Below are positions 31,796 to 45,310 of a stretch of 64,000 bases of DNA, piece by piece. How positions within the stretch are numbered: the first letter of the stretch is position 1; the number at the start of each line of letters is the position of its first letter. Source of the DNA: the human T2T-CHM13v2.0 reference genome, Homo sapiens; NCBI RefSeq assembly GCF_009914755.1, contig NC_060944.1; one strand, given 5' to 3'. The position numbers and the translations under genes were made by a program. Below the pieces are notes generated by a model, which worked only from the letters and a program-made list of their open reading frames with translations, was not told the origin of the DNA and searched no databases.

Positions 31796-33019
31796 AAAAT
31801 TCCCATTTCTCTATATGGGAGAACTGTAGAAATTTGAGAGCTGTGACACAATGTAACTTCTATGGAGGTAGGAACTGCCTGTCTTATTCAAGTCACTATC
31901 TAGATCAAGCTTGTCCAACCTGTGGCCTCTGTAAATCCTCTGTAAAGGCACAAAGGATAGACACTGCTGCCTACATACAGTGTAGTAGAAATTTTATGTA
32001 TCTATTCTATACTTAAGAATATATTTCTCTGGCTAAAATATCTAGAAAATAAAATACAATCATTTCAATTTCTTTATGAAATAGTCTATTGAACTGCCTC
32101 AAAAATTCCTCTCTCTCTTTAGTGTTCTAATACAACCTTTCTGTTTTAAGTAGTTTTCATTCATGTGCACTATTATTACTGTGTAAATGATCCCAATATT
32201 TATCTCAAAATGTAAACTAAGGCAAGCCTCCAAATAAAAAATAAAATAAAATAAAATAAAATTTCAACACCAAGTTCTTTGAACACTGCCTAAGACAAAA
32301 TAAATGCTCAATAAATATTTTTAAGTGAATAGATGTCTTGGAATATGCTATAATTTTACTTCTTACACACAATGGATCTTAAAAAAAAAAAAAAGATGAT
32401 CCAGTTAACTGGGAGTGTGACAGAGATAAACAACTTACAAGGGAGAAACACAGGAGTCTGAGAGGTGCTGCTTTTAGCTGGGCTATTCTACAGCAGTGTG
32501 GTGTTGACAAAGATGCTTAACCTCCATGAGTCTCATAGATCTCTGAGTAAAGCAAGTGGTCATAGAAGACATAGCTTTGGTTTCTTTCAGAATTTGTATT
32601 CTGTGATACAGGATATCTCTGCAGAAAGCTTTTACTTTGAGCCCAAATCTGTGCTCTGGAAGTCCTCTTGTAGTGTTTTCTTCCTTCTGGAGGCACGTAA
32701 ATGAATATTACCCTCTTCCACCAGACTAACAAGTGTCGTTTCTTCCAGGAAAAAATGAATAGTTTCTCAGTACCCATCCAGCTCTAGGCCTTTCCAAATA
32801 TGTTCCATAATCTCAATCTTTAAAACAGTTTCTAAATGTCAAAAATCTCAATTTTTCACCATCTGGGTTGCCTCCCTGTGGAAGTCTTCTAGCTTGTGAT
32901 CTGGCTTCTTTGGGTGAAGTGTTGCAAATCTAGCAACTTTCGGGTGCTGCAAGGTAGATTGGTAAGATAGCCCTCTCGTTCTGGACAAAGAACCTCATCA
33001 ATGCGGACAGTTTTAGGCC

Positions 33020-33453
33020 CAGTTCCTGGTGGGCAGAGCCTGAGATGGTAGCATAGGGAAGTAATTATTTGGGCAGTTGTTTTCAGAAGAATGAGAGTAA
33101 GGGAAACAGGTTGTCTAGGAGAAAGAGCCAAGCAAGGATGCTGTCTCAGCTGGAGTCCATGCTGATCCCATAGGAAGTGCTAGACAGTGAACAGCAACAC
33201 AGACTTGAACCCCATTTCCAAAGGCAAAGGATCCTGTAAGTCTCTTGCACCTGTAATTCCATCAATCATTGGCTATAGGCTACCAGAGAAAAGTGTTACC
33301 GTTCAGGCAATGTGGCTCCTAGCAGCCAAAGGCAATTCTCAGTCAATGGGGTCAGCTCTGAGCTATTTAGCAGCCAACACTCATAGGAACTGGGGGATAG
33401 AAGCATCAGCCTAATAAAGCAGATCTGGGCAGGGCACCAACAGTGACTCTACA
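33020..33453 (-). mobile_element. LTR33-like ERVL solo LTR
   Basis: The minus strand starts tgtagagtcactgttggtgccctgcccagatc and contains gagtgttggctgctaa. Confidence 0.75.
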
Positions 33454-35081
33454 GTGCCTAGCGTAACATTGGCTTCTATCAGTTGCATCATTTTTTTTTA
33501 TTTTTATTGGCTTTCTCATCTACTATAATCAATAAGTATTTTTCCATACCTACTGCTGTTCAAGGCTACATACCTCTTACTGCTTTTGTACAGATTAGTT
33601 TGGTAACCTAAGTAGAAAACATTACTTTCCCCGCTATTATGTGTCACCTCATTACATTTTTCCCTTCTATTCCTGTATTATTTTGGATGCTGCCTTCCAA
33701 TACTTTCTAAATTATCTGATTTCATGTGTACCTTTGTTTGAGCTCTAGTTAAAAACAGACTGATTTTGTCAGCAACATATAGTGTCTGTTCAGTCCCACA
33801 TACCAATGGCCCAATATCCAGACTGTCAAGATCAAACCCAATGAATGTCTATCACTGTAAAGTCATCATTTTGCTTTCTTGGAAATATAAGTTTGAGGAT
33901 AAAAGGCTTCATTGGTTCAAAGAAAATAGCTCTGTATTCCTCAGATCAAAAGACTGTTATAGAAATGTTTGGATCCTCCTCCATCCCCGATTTAGAATTT
34001 GATTTTAGAGCATCGAATAGCTAAAGACAGCAGGGCTCTTTTGGCTGGCTCTTTGTTGATCAGACTTCTGATCAACAGCAAAATGAATCAATCCTTTCAT
34101 GGGAACCCTGAAACCTCAATGCCTGAGAGGTTAATGTGGACAGTGTCTGGTTGCCTGAGGTCCAAGCTGTACTTTCTGGCCATGTGGGTAGTTAATGCAA
34201 TCAAGAATAAGATTAATTAAATTAGAAGTCTGCTTTTATTGCTCAGAAAAAAAAAGGCAAATTCAATACTCCTTGACTGCTTGGAGATGGAGGTCTGACT
34301 CTAATGTGATCACTGCTGGATAGGCAGAGCCAGACGGCATGTCATTTAGGGAAGCAGTACAACTCCGACGATTATAGGTGACCTCTATATTGCATTTAGA
34401 ACCTTTCAGTAAGCAATCAACATAACCCTAATTCACCTTGACAGGTTGCTACCCAGGTCTGAGCCTGGCCCCTTCCGTTTTGCTCCTAAATACGCTACTC
34501 AGGAACAAGTCATCCCCTCCAATTTGCCTAGAGCCCTGTTGCTCTGTCATGCTTAAGAAATCTTAAGCACCTGCTCTTTTCATCTCCCCAGCCCTTTCCC
34601 AGAAGGACCTACTTAAGGAATTTTCTTCCGAGGGAGTATATGTGTGAAAATCCTTCCCCCTGGAGTGTTGAAGGAGACCAACCTATACAGAATCTATTAA
34701 GAGGAAGACACAATATATGCTCCATCCCATTATCCTTTGAATTAGACCCTGTTTCTTATAAAACATTGACTTTATAAAGAGAGATACATAGTTTTGAATC
34801 TTCCCTCAGAATTTACTCATTATAAGCTCCTGTACAATTATTTAACCTCTCCACACCTCTAAATTGAGACTCAAGATACCCATCTTTAAGGTTATCTGAG
34901 GGTTAAAAATAGTGCAATGTAGCATTCATTGGAAGTCTGTTAGGTTTTTTAATTTTTTGTTGTTTTTATCATTAACCGAAGTTACAGAGACTCAGAGAGA
35001 CCAGGTGACTATCTTAAGGATGTTTGCTACTGTTCCTCCCTTACTTTTTTCCCTTTCGAAAACAGCCTCTATGGCTAATTA

Positions 35082-35322
35082 GTAGGAATAAGTTTTGGAG
35101 TTCTATAGCACTATAGGGTGACTACAGTGAACAATAATATATAGCTTCAAATGGCTAGAAGGAGAATATTTAGTGTTCTCAACACAAATAAATGATAAAT
35201 GTTTGAAATGATGGATATGCTAATTACCCTGATCTGTCACTATACATTACATGTATTGAAACATCACTATGTAGCCCATTATTTTGTACAATTACGGTTA
35301 GTCAATTTTTTAATCTAAAAAA
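35082..35322 (+). mobile_element. L1MA 3'UTR fragment
   Basis: taggaataagtttt...gatggatatgctaattaccctgat...aacatcactatgta. Confidence 0.85.
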
Positions 35323-35416
35323 GCTTCTTATAAAAGTGAATGATATCAGTCATTTCCACATTAGCATGAATTTAATTCTATGGGCCACTCTGCTCAGATT
35401 TTAATATACATTAAGC

Positions 35417-35575
35417 CAGAGGTTCTTAGTTTCAGTTGCACATTGGAATTACCTAATATACTTTATGCCTGGGCCTCCACTTCTAAGGAAGAGTGAATTA
35501 TAATTAGTCTAGGATGCTGCTTAGGCAGAAGAATGTTTAAGATCTTCACAGTGACTCCAAGATTGAGAACCACTT
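35417..35575. mobile_element. MER5-type MITE
   Basis: cagaggttctta...gcacattggaattacct...ccaagattgagaaccact. Confidence 0.75.
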
Positions 35576-36619
35576 TCCTTCCAATCATTGAAGGAAATTC
35601 TTTGGTCAATGTTAAGAAATTTCATGGGGGGCTGCAGGACCTCTGACCTCTGAAAGAGTCAGAATCTTCACATATCAGGCAGGAAACCATCGGGGCCTAC
35701 CCTAGGAGTTACTGCCATTTCAGGACACTGGGAGGAGCTTCATGAAAAGGTTGAATGATCTGCTAAAAAGGGAGCAAACCCCGCAGATTAAAGATTACAA
35801 AGTGCTCAATGGCTGTGCCTCATGTGGGTGTAGCCTGGCCCCAGTGTGCATTTGGCATGGTGCCCTTTGGAATGCACAGCTTGGCCCTGGATTGTCATTT
35901 ATTTTTTCTATGCCTATCTCCCCAGCTAGACTCAGCTTCCCTGGCATTTTTAAACACCCAGTTAAACTTTGTGAAATAGATTTGGGACACTCTCCCGAAA
36001 TGATTTTCAAAAGTGTTTGATTCTAACCGACTTTAGAGTATGATTGAGGAAAATTTTTAAGCAGGCCCAGGAAGAAACATTTTTAAACATATCACCAGTT
36101 TTTACAGGACAATGAGGATCTTTTGCCTTTAAAATATCAACAAAGAGATATTTAGGTCTTGGTAAACAAAATTAAACAGCAGCTAATGGATAGATGATTG
36201 TATTATTAATTCTTCTGTCACTTTAAACGTTTTCTAGAACAACATAGAAAACAAATTAATTAATTTAAAATTGGCAAACAAGGAGAAAGATAAATGAATT
36301 AATAACACTGATTTCTCATTCCCTTACAATACTGTTTTCAGAATCATTTTAAAACTGTTCTTCAAAACAAAACAAGATAAAATAAGACAAAACAAAAGTG
36401 TTTCTTCTTGTAACGTTTTCAGGATTCCCACTTGTCTGATCTAGCCCTAGGCAGAGTGTCCCTACACTAAGAAGTCAGAGCTTAACGTGTGGATATATTG
36501 GATAGCTTGTTTTTAGAAAGAGACATTAAAAAGTTTCCTTTTTCAAATTTTTTAATCTAGTGCCTGTCAAAAAGTTATTTACTTCAGTTAAATTTAATCT
36601 TACCTACTGCATAGTAATC

Positions 36620-36775
36620 ATGGCATTTTAGGACAAAAAGAGACCTTAGTTTTGTCCATCAAATGCCCTTACTTTGCAGATGAAGAGACTGAAAACCAGA
36701 GATGCGGAGGAATTTGCCCAGAGCTGCCCGTGAGCTATTGACAGAATAGGGCTCTGAATTAAGCCTCCTCAAGAC
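36620..36775 (-). mobile_element. MIR SINE remnant
   Basis: tttgcagatgaagagactgaaaaccagag...tttgcccagag core. Confidence 0.65.
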
Positions 36776-37789
36776 CCCATTCCTTGCTTGATTCATATCA
36801 CATATTGTAGATTTTCAAGTTATTTGTTTTGAAAAAAAAGGGGAAGGGAGGAGCAGGAATATATTTTACATCAAGTATGGACTTGTGAACTCCTGGTTAT
36901 TAAGTCATCTTCTTCAAGATAAGCCTCTTTGAGAAAGTCCCTTATTTTTAGAAGACCATAATTGTGCCCATGCCAACCCCCCCTGGGTGGCATCCATCTT
37001 TTCTTTCCTTTTCTTCCTTGTTATTGCATTTGCCTTGAGAATACAGCACAAGGCCACACCAAGAAAAGATGGAGAGAGAAAGAAGCTATGGTGTAAAAAA
37101 GAGTAATGAGGCTGACCTTTTCTGAGTGAGTGCAGTGCTGATCTAATTGGTAAGTCTATGTCATGTCTACCTCTCTCACCCTGTCTTCATCATTCTCGTT
37201 GAGTTCCCACTGTGTACATGGCCACATGTACTTCTGAGGCAATTCTTCCAGCAACTGAAATAAATAGCAGCGAACTCAGCCAAGGAATCTGCAGAAATTG
37301 ATAGCCTCCTAGAAGAAGGGTTGGGCAGCAATGACGAATCAGTGCCGTCCATCAGCAGTCACTGGGAACAGGGAAAATATTTCCCCCCATGTCTTAATCA
37401 GTCAGAGGGATGTTGTCTGCCTGATTGAGAGCGAGCAGAAAATGAGTAGTTGTTTCAATTATAATTTGTTATCAGCCACTGATCTAAACAGAGAAAGTTA
37501 AGTCACAGCAGCTTGACCACAGATCAAGGCAGGTGTTTTGTTTAGCCCTGTGAAGAGATGCTAATTCAGCAAAGAGAGAAATGAGAGCTTTCTTCGAGAT
37601 GCTCTGTTATTACATTTAATATAAAATTTATAGCCTTGCTTACACAGAGGATCTAGGCCACTAGAATGGAGATCAGAAAAAGGAGCACCACATTACTTTC
37701 TGGGTGTGGGAAGAGGAAGAAGGGAATTTTGTCCTTTCCATCCTGTATTCTGAGCTCATTCCTAGCACCTTTGCCTGGCTTCCCCACCC

Positions 37790-38065
37790 ATCGTGCCAGG
37801 GCTGCTGCTTCTGGGCAGGGCAGCCTTCCCTGACCACTCAGTGCAGGGTGTCCCTGGTCCCAGTCACTCCTATCACATCGTCCTGTTTTCTTGTCTTTGT
37901 GGCATTGATTATCATCCAGAATCATCTTAATTTCTTTACCTGTTTCCCACTTTTAGAAAGTAAACTGCACAATAAAAAGGGAACCGATGTTGCCTTTGTT
38001 TTTCCTGTCACGTACAGTGGAGCCTAGAAGACAGCAGCTATGCGATAAGAATTTGCTTAATGAAA
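37790..38065 (+). mobile_element. L2 3'-end remnant
   Basis: ccttccctgaccac...cactcctatcacatc...gtaaactgcac...gcctagaagacag...aatttgcttaatgaaat. Confidence 0.65.
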
Positions 38066-39049
38066 TAATTATTTCATATGAGGTATTAGCTTAATTCTTT
38101 CCAAAGAGCTATCATCGGTTTGGGCTGTAGAAGCAAAGGGAAGAGCTTTGCAGAGCCAGGCAGGCCTCAGAGCTCAGGTGATCAGGATGTTGAGAATGGA
38201 GGGGTACCATCTGATTTAGACTCTGGGGTAAGGAGGGTCCAGGAGACACTGAGGAGTGTGAGAGCAGCTCCCAGGCAACTGAGACCAGAAAAACCTGGAA
38301 ACAAGCAAACTCATGCTTCATCTTAGAAGGTTTCCAGCTTTATTTGTCCTTTGAAGGCAAGACAATATCACTAGGACTCACTAGTGTAAGACTTGCCTTT
38401 GTTGTTCAGTGAAATTCCCTGGCTGGAAAGGGAGAGAAATAGAGAGAGAAGAAGAAATTCTAATAGCAGGCCCTTGTTAATCTTCAGTAGGCTTTGCATA
38501 GACTGCTACTCCCTGGGTTCATGGCCTTTCATGACTGGACACTGAGGGGGCCACAAGATAAAAGCTAATCAAAAAGAGTATAAAGCATTCTGATTGGCAT
38601 GTAGCAGTCAAGGTGTACTAAGACTAATACTCAACAATGGTGCAGGCTTTTCAAATTAACGGCGACATTTCCCCATATCTTAAATGCACCCTCATCACCA
38701 CCATTAAATAACACTAAACATTTAAAGTGTTCTCATTAAACTAGGGAAGTCAGATTCTTGGGAGGGCATATGTTGTGCCAGGAGATAATCTAAGTATAAA
38801 TATGTGTCACCTTCTCAGCATTGGTGAAACGAGGTTGAAATTTTATATTTTTAAACTCATGAAAAGTTTAGTTCTAAAGATAGGCCATGAGAATTTCAAG
38901 AAATGTGCTGATGGCTGGGCTGTTTAGGATGGAGCCTCTGGTCTCAACAATTCTTGCCTGAGCCCCTTCATAGTCATTTAGAAGCAAGCTACATCCCTCA
39001 TTACCTTTATCATTTTGGCACCTCTTTTCTCTTATGGATTTGGAATGTC

Positions 39050-39475
39050 TATATCTATACCAATTACGAATGAGATGTTCAGGGGCAACAAATATTTTAT
39101 GTGTTCATCTGAATTTCTCAGCCCTTGCCATTAGGATGCAGACAAATAAGCTTTAATCAACAGATCATAAGTAGCAGTGAGGGATGTCAATTTATAGCTG
39201 AGTCAGTGAGGAGAAGAGAGAGCAATTTCTCAGCAACTTCTTACCCTTCTGCCTTCCTCAGTAACCTTGGGAATTCCATGTTGAGATGGTGGAAATGGGA
39301 CATGCAAGGAGCGTGGATCCCTGAGTTACAAGGTGGAGGAGAGCTCCCATCAACCTGCCTCAGATTCTTCAAGAGCCAGAAATGCACTTTTATATATAAA
39401 AGTTTAGTAATGAACCACTGAGATTTTATGATTTTTCGGTTGCCACAGTATGGTCTAAGCTATTTTTTTCTAATA
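39050..39475 (+). mobile_element. MLT1 solo LTR remnant
   Basis: ccatgttgagatggtgga...ggatccctgagt...gccagaaatgcacttt...ccactgagatttt...gttgccacagta. Confidence 0.65.
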
Positions 39476-40349
39476 CTGCACTTGTAATCACATCAAATTA
39501 TAGGTACCAGATGAGGGTTATAAATCTTTGTTTTCTGACTGATCATGGAAATGTTGGATCTCAGTGTGTCTGCAGAGACAAGTTTGTAAAGTTCTGCTTC
39601 TGAGACATAGGAGACTAGGCAGGTTTATTCAAATGCCCTGGTAGGAGTTTCAGTAGACCCCCAAAGTAAACTTTAAGTTATTCTTTGCTTAATTTTTCAA
39701 ACTAGCTCTGACAATTCTTAAGTATTCATTTAAAATTGTCTGGGTATTAAAGTCCTTGAGCTTTAAATAAAAAGGGTAGTGAGGGACTAGAAATACAAAA
39801 AAAAAAAGAGTTAGGCCGAGTATATCAGAATCACAGTTGCTGTTTGAGAGGCCTCATCTCAACAGAGCTGAAAGAGCATGCAGAGCTTTCCTCATAACAA
39901 GGGGACCTAAATCATATTCCCATTGGCGAGAGTTCCCAATCTATTCTATTGAGCTGCTGCTATGCCCAACAAGAATATTATATTGCCTCTCAGGTTAAAT
40001 TGTATTGCAGGAGGCTGGCAAGAAACTCAGTGTGCAAATCAAGCTTCAGATGAACACACTTGATAGAAAATAACTGAAACGGGGTAAAGGTCAGGAGTTG
40101 TAAGAGAGTAGCAGAGCTTTGGAAACACAGGGCCCTCAAATATTTCACCATTTGTCAGAGGCAATAATGCAGAATTATACACTTTAGGAAATGAACACAG
40201 TGAGCTAATCTTCCTCTTGAGAAGTGAATTACTTGCTCATCTTTTGATGCTGTATTACCTTTCTCCAGGCATAGGATTCCCTTATAAGCAAGGGCTATGT
40301 CTTAAAAATTTATCTTTGCAGAAACTCAATACCAGAAGTATACTTATAA

Positions 40350-40605
40350 CAACAATGACTATTTACAGAGCACTTAATACAAGTCAGTCTCTACTGTATG
40401 TATAATATGTACATTAATTCTCAGAATAAGCCATATAGTAGGGGTTATTTTTAACTTCAGTTTATAGACAAAGAAACTAGGAACCTCAAGTTAGCAACTT
40501 TAAGTAAATTGCCTGAGGGCACACATCTAATGACTAATGAAAATGGATGTGAACCCAGGTAGCCTGACTCCAGAGTGTGAAACTTAACTATTGTGCCCCA
40601 GTGCC
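40350..40605 (-). mobile_element. MIR SINE remnant
   Basis: atttacagagcactta...tttatagacaaagaaactagg...aattgcctgagggcacac...tgaacccaggtagcctgactccagag. Confidence 0.8.
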
Positions 40606-40827
40606 ACTGTTAAGAATATTAATGAATGAGAAAAGGGAAGAACATAGTAGGCTGGATGAATGGATGAAAGTAGGGATTTTAAAACGTGATCAAAAAAGAA
40701 TGAAAGAAAGGAGGAAACGAGTACTGGAAAAAGGCATGGAAGGTCGACTAGAAAGCAGCATGGAGGGAGGAGTTAAAGGAGGGATAAAAATGGATGAAAG
40801 AAGGGTTGGAAGGAGGGCTAGAAGGCA

Positions 40828-40886
40828 TGATGGATGGATAGATGGATGGATGGATGGATGGATGGATGAATAGATGGGTGGATGGA
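40828..40886. repeat. (GGAT)n tetranucleotide repeat within a purine-rich tract
   Basis: tgatggatggatagatggatggatggatggatggatggatgaatagatgggtggatgg. Confidence 0.95.
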
Positions 40887-41543
40887 AAGAAACTAATATA
40901 ATTGGATGGATATACATAACAAATAGAAATCTTTTTTTTCCTCTGCCTTAATGGAGTGTCCAATATTGCTGCTGAGAAGACTCCTGATACCCACAAAATA
41001 AAGATTCAAGGCAAAGATGATCGGAGCTTTCTCGAGAACCATGCAGTTTGATTAGCAACTTTTCTCTACCCCTTTCCTCATGAACATTAAACCTGTCTGT
41101 TATCTACTGCCCAAGATTTTTTCCTTCAAGGCTACCCTGGACTATTTTTTAACTGGGTATTATCTCCATAAAAGGCATTGGAGACCCCAGGGTCCTGACT
41201 TTCCTGTGCTCCTCAAGGATGCAGAAAAAACACCTTAAACACATCAGTTTTGGTAGTTACAGAGGAAGATTGTACAGCTCTCTGTACAGAGGCGCTGTTA
41301 TTAAAGTTTCCTTGTAAAAAAAAAAAAAAGATTCTCTGCGCTTAACACCCCGGCCTTTTGATTCTCCATTCACTCTCTCTCCATCACCTGCTACCAGCTG
41401 CTCAACACCCTTTAAAAAAAAAAAGAAAAAGAATAATTTTTTGTGGACATCTTACACAAGTACTAAGAGATTCGTAGATAAGAAGGCAACAGCATGAGTG
41501 TTGTTTATCAAGTAAAACTGCTTAGGTTGGTTAAGTTAAATAT

Positions 41544-41983
41544 TGCTATGATTTGAATGTTCCCCCCACAACTCATGTTGAAACTTAATTTCCAATGTGG
41601 CAATACTGAGAGGTGGGGCCTTCAAGAGGTGATTAGATCATGAGTGCTTTGCCTCCATAATGGATTAACTCATTTATGGATTAATGGATAATGAGTTAAT
41701 GGATTAGTGAGTTATCCACTAATTGCTCTAATGGGAGTGGAACTGGTGGCTTTATAAGAAGAGGAAGAGAGGCCTGAGCTAGCATCACAACCCTTGGCAT
41801 GTGATGTCCTGCGCTGTCTCTGGATGCTGCAGAGTCTCCCCCAGCAAGAAGCCTTTCACCAGATGGGCCCCCTCAACCTTGGAATTCTCAGCCTTCGTAA
41901 CTGTAAGAAATAAATTCTTTTTCTGTACAAATTGCCCAGTTCCAGGTATTATGTTATAAGCAACAGAAAATGGACTAAAGATA
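41544..41983 (+). mobile_element. MST (MSTB-like) MaLR solo LTR
   Basis: tgctatgatttgaatg...aataaattc...aacagaaaatggactaaagata, with a 5-bp TSD aatat/agtat. Confidence 0.9.
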
Positions 41984-42770
41984 AGTATTAAAGGACAGAG
42001 TATGTATTGACAAATGTAATGATTGAATGGTCTTTCAAGGATCTGAAGAGGTACTGCAGCTGTCAGAATGGAACCATTTCCCTTCCTCGCTGTGGCCCAT
42101 TGCAGAATTTTAGGTGAGATAGTGAAGTGGGGATGTCAACAAAAGCTATCAATCAAGTTACACTATGGGTGACTGGAACTTAATACCCCCAGAGAACACT
42201 GATAACATGTATTGATAGGGACCCCAGGGCTATCCCACCTAAGGCATGAGGGACCTGGTAAATTTACATAGCAAATTCCATTCCTCATTAATTGAAGGCT
42301 GCTCTGGTGAAAATGGGTGCCTCACTTTCCAGCATGTCCTGCATGCTACATGGGTGTCAAGGGAGGTTCCAGCAGCCAGAAAAAGACCTCAGGCAAGGAA
42401 GTGTAGGTGCTGGGGGTGGTGGTGGGACTGGCATGCCCTGAGTCTATAAGAGCACAGCCATATGGGCAGAGCAATGCGTGTCCCACAGAGGGCTTACCCA
42501 ACCTCATTCAGGACTGAATCAAGAAGAGGAATAATTATAATTGTTGCTTCCATAATGTCTCCAAATCATTTAATGTCTGTAGAGTCTTAACGCAGCATTG
42601 TGAGCCCTATATTATTAAATCCGGCTTAAATATGTGAAGACTCAATTCTTCAAGAAGTTAGTTGCCTTCCCCAAAGTCACAAAACTACAAAGTGGTGGCA
42701 TCAAAACTGTGGCTCAAATCTTCTGACTTTGCATTCAGGCCTCTTTATACTATATTTATATGGTATTATA

Positions 42771-43179
42771 CAGACAGTCCCAAAGTTAGGATGGTTTGAC
42801 TTATGATTTTTCAACTTTATGATGGTGCAAAACTGTTATACATCTATTGTACTTGAATTTTGATTTTTCCTCTTGTTCCAGGCTAGCAATATGGGGTAGG
42901 ATACTCACTCCTGATGCTGGGCAGTGGCAGCAAACCACAGCTCCCAGTCAGCCATGTAATTACAAAGCAAACAACCAGCACTCTACAGCGCACTGTGTTG
43001 CCAGATGATTTGCCCAATTACAGGCTAACGTGAGTGTTCTGAGCACATTTAAAGTAGGCTAAGCTAAGCTATAATGTATGGTGGGTTAGATGTTTTCGAT
43101 GCATTTTTGACTTAGGATATTTTTTAATTTATGATGGCTTTATCAGGACTTGACCCCATCATAAGTCAAGGAGCATCTG
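42771..43179 (-). mobile_element. MER47(B)-like Tigger-derived MITE
   Basis: Imperfect TIRs cagacagtccc... / ...gagcatctg with TA on both sides (42769-42770, 43180-43181). Confidence 0.85.
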
Positions 43180-44124
43180 TATGTATGCTGTCTGTGCTAA
43201 ACTCAAATGGAAGGTACACCAGAGCTTTCTGCCCTTCACTAAAATCTAAACATGGAAAAGGACGGTGTTATTCCCAACTCCCAAGTATGTGCTGTGATTA
43301 CTCAAGGTTCATGGAGGATGTGGCCATGCTGCTCCGGATGGTTCAATCTCCATGATGATTGCTTTGCCACTTCTTAGTACTACATCCTATTACAGCTTTG
43401 AGTTCTTTGGGAGAAGTATTTAATTTCAGTTTATATTTTAGATAGAAAGGAAAGCAAAAAGGCTGTGAAATTGAGACATGGGGCACATTACATATGAAGC
43501 TATTTATCAGTGTATTTCTGGGAGACATTGGGCAGGGTAGTTAGAGACAATAAATGGTAAGTGGAGGTTGGGTACTGGAGTCATGTAATTGAATCTGAAG
43601 GGAGAAGCTGCTACAGTGTGGCCTCCGTTGGTACTCCCACTCTCTCTTGACCACCCAGGGCCTTCTCACAGAGTCCATTTGGGCCTCCCATGCCCCTTGC
43701 AAACACTCCTTCAAACACATCTGTCTATTTCCTCCACGGACCTTGGTCTGTGCCTGATAACTGGAATACCAACCCATGTGCATCACCCACTGCCTAGGAG
43801 GTTTCCCTTCCCAAGACATTCATTATCCTTACCTGATACTTTCTAGAGATATAAAGGCTTCCACCAAAGGAGGAGATGAGCAGGACATGAGGTGCAGGAG
43901 AGAGCTCTCTGGAGCTCTCGGGGGTCAGGAAACCTTTTGGTACCTCCGCAATCAAATAATCTTTCAGGCTATAGCTACTATTGTATAAAGCTACATAATC
44001 TCCTGTCCCAAAATTCTCACAACATTCCAAATCTTGGGTAACTGTGCTTTCTCTCTTTCTGTATATATTTAAGAGTGTATAGACACGTATGTGTATATAT
44101 ATTTATATACATGTATATATATAA

Positions 44125-44535
44125 TTTCAGTAACCTTTGGGGTAGAAGTGGTGTTTTGTCACATGGGTGAATTATGCAATGGTGAATTCTGAGATTTTTG
44201 TGCATCCATCATCCAGGTAGGGTACATTGCACCTGATGTGTCATTTATTTTATCCCTGGCCTCCCTCCCACACTCCCCCCTCTGAATCTGTACCGTCCAT
44301 TATATCACTCTGTATGCTTTTTTATATTTGTAGCTTAGCTCCCACTTGTGAGAACATACTGTTTTTGGTTTTCCACTCCTATGTTATTTCACTTAGAATA
44401 ATGGTCTCTAGCTGCATCCAAGTTGCTGCAAAAGACATTATTTTATCCCTTTTAGTGGCTGAGTAGTATTCCATGGTGTATCTAGAACACATTTTCTTCC
44501 TCCCCTGATTAGTTGATGGGCACTTAGGTTAGTTC
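44125..44535 (-). mobile_element. L1PB/old L1PA 3'-end fragment
   Basis: tagcttagctcccactt, cacttagaataatggtct, tggctgagtagtattccatgg. Confidence 0.88.
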
Positions 44536-45009
44536 TGTAAATTAGTACTGTGCTATTTTCATAAAAGTGATTTGTTTTATCTCTAGTCATGGGTTAATAT
44601 TTATACTTTTGTAGGTCTTTTGATGGAAACAATCACACATTAGAACAGATTCTTTAACCAGACCATATCTTAATTTATATTTATAGAAAGTCATTTCAGA
44701 TGCACAGGTCCACACACCTGGACATTCTCCCCTGCTCATCCTTCACTCTTAACTAAATGACCCAGCTTTCCCGCAGCTCACATGTGACTGAAACCATGAG
44801 AGTCTGGCAGGGTAGAAGGAAGGCAGACCTGCTGTAAATCTGGGGTATGCACTGCCAGAAGGCTAACGTTACAGTTTATAGATGTTAAACTGGCAAAATG
44901 CACAGTGTGTCTTATGTACATTCAACAATTTCTAACTACTGAGAGTAGGATGGGTGTGTAATCCATATGTTTCCTCAGTGCCACAAGTCATGAAGAAAGG
45001 AAAGGAGGA

Positions 45010-45034
45010 GGGGCGGAGGGGTCGGGGGGAAGGG
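45010..45034 (+). promoter_or_regulatory. GC-box (GGGGCGGAG) within a canonical four-run G-quadruplex motif
   Basis: GGGG-cgga-GGGG-tc-GGGGGG-aa-GGG in apparently non-repeat sequence. Function not shown. Confidence 0.4.
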
Positions 45035-45152
45035 AGAGAAAGAGGGAGAGAAAGAAGGTCAGAGAGAGAGAGAGTCCTATTTCCTATGGCAGTTCTCACA
45101 CAACAGTTTAATACAGATTCACTCCACCTGCCTTCTGCAGCCTGTTTTTGTT

Positions 45153-45184
<32 letters not shown>

Positions 45185-45209
45185 AACTTCTCTTATGTTC
45201 TCTTTCTAG

Positions 45210-45310
45210 AGGTTTGACCGAGGAGGAAAGAATGGCAGTTCCACATCATGACTGTCAACTGAGCATCTCAGCTAAGCCGTGTAACAGGTGAACTGGAAGT
45301 GTCTTTCCTG
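45210..45310 (+). other. Candidate exon of a non-coding transcript or 5'UTR
   Basis: Branch-like ttttaac (45181-45187), pyrimidine tract and ctAG at 45208-45209. Donors CTG|gtgggt at 45311 or TGG|gtgagc at 45315. Confidence 0.4.

Noticed and set aside
40577-40996. ORFs with DGWM / HPSI repeats
   Set aside because: They are translations of the (GGAT)n repeat.
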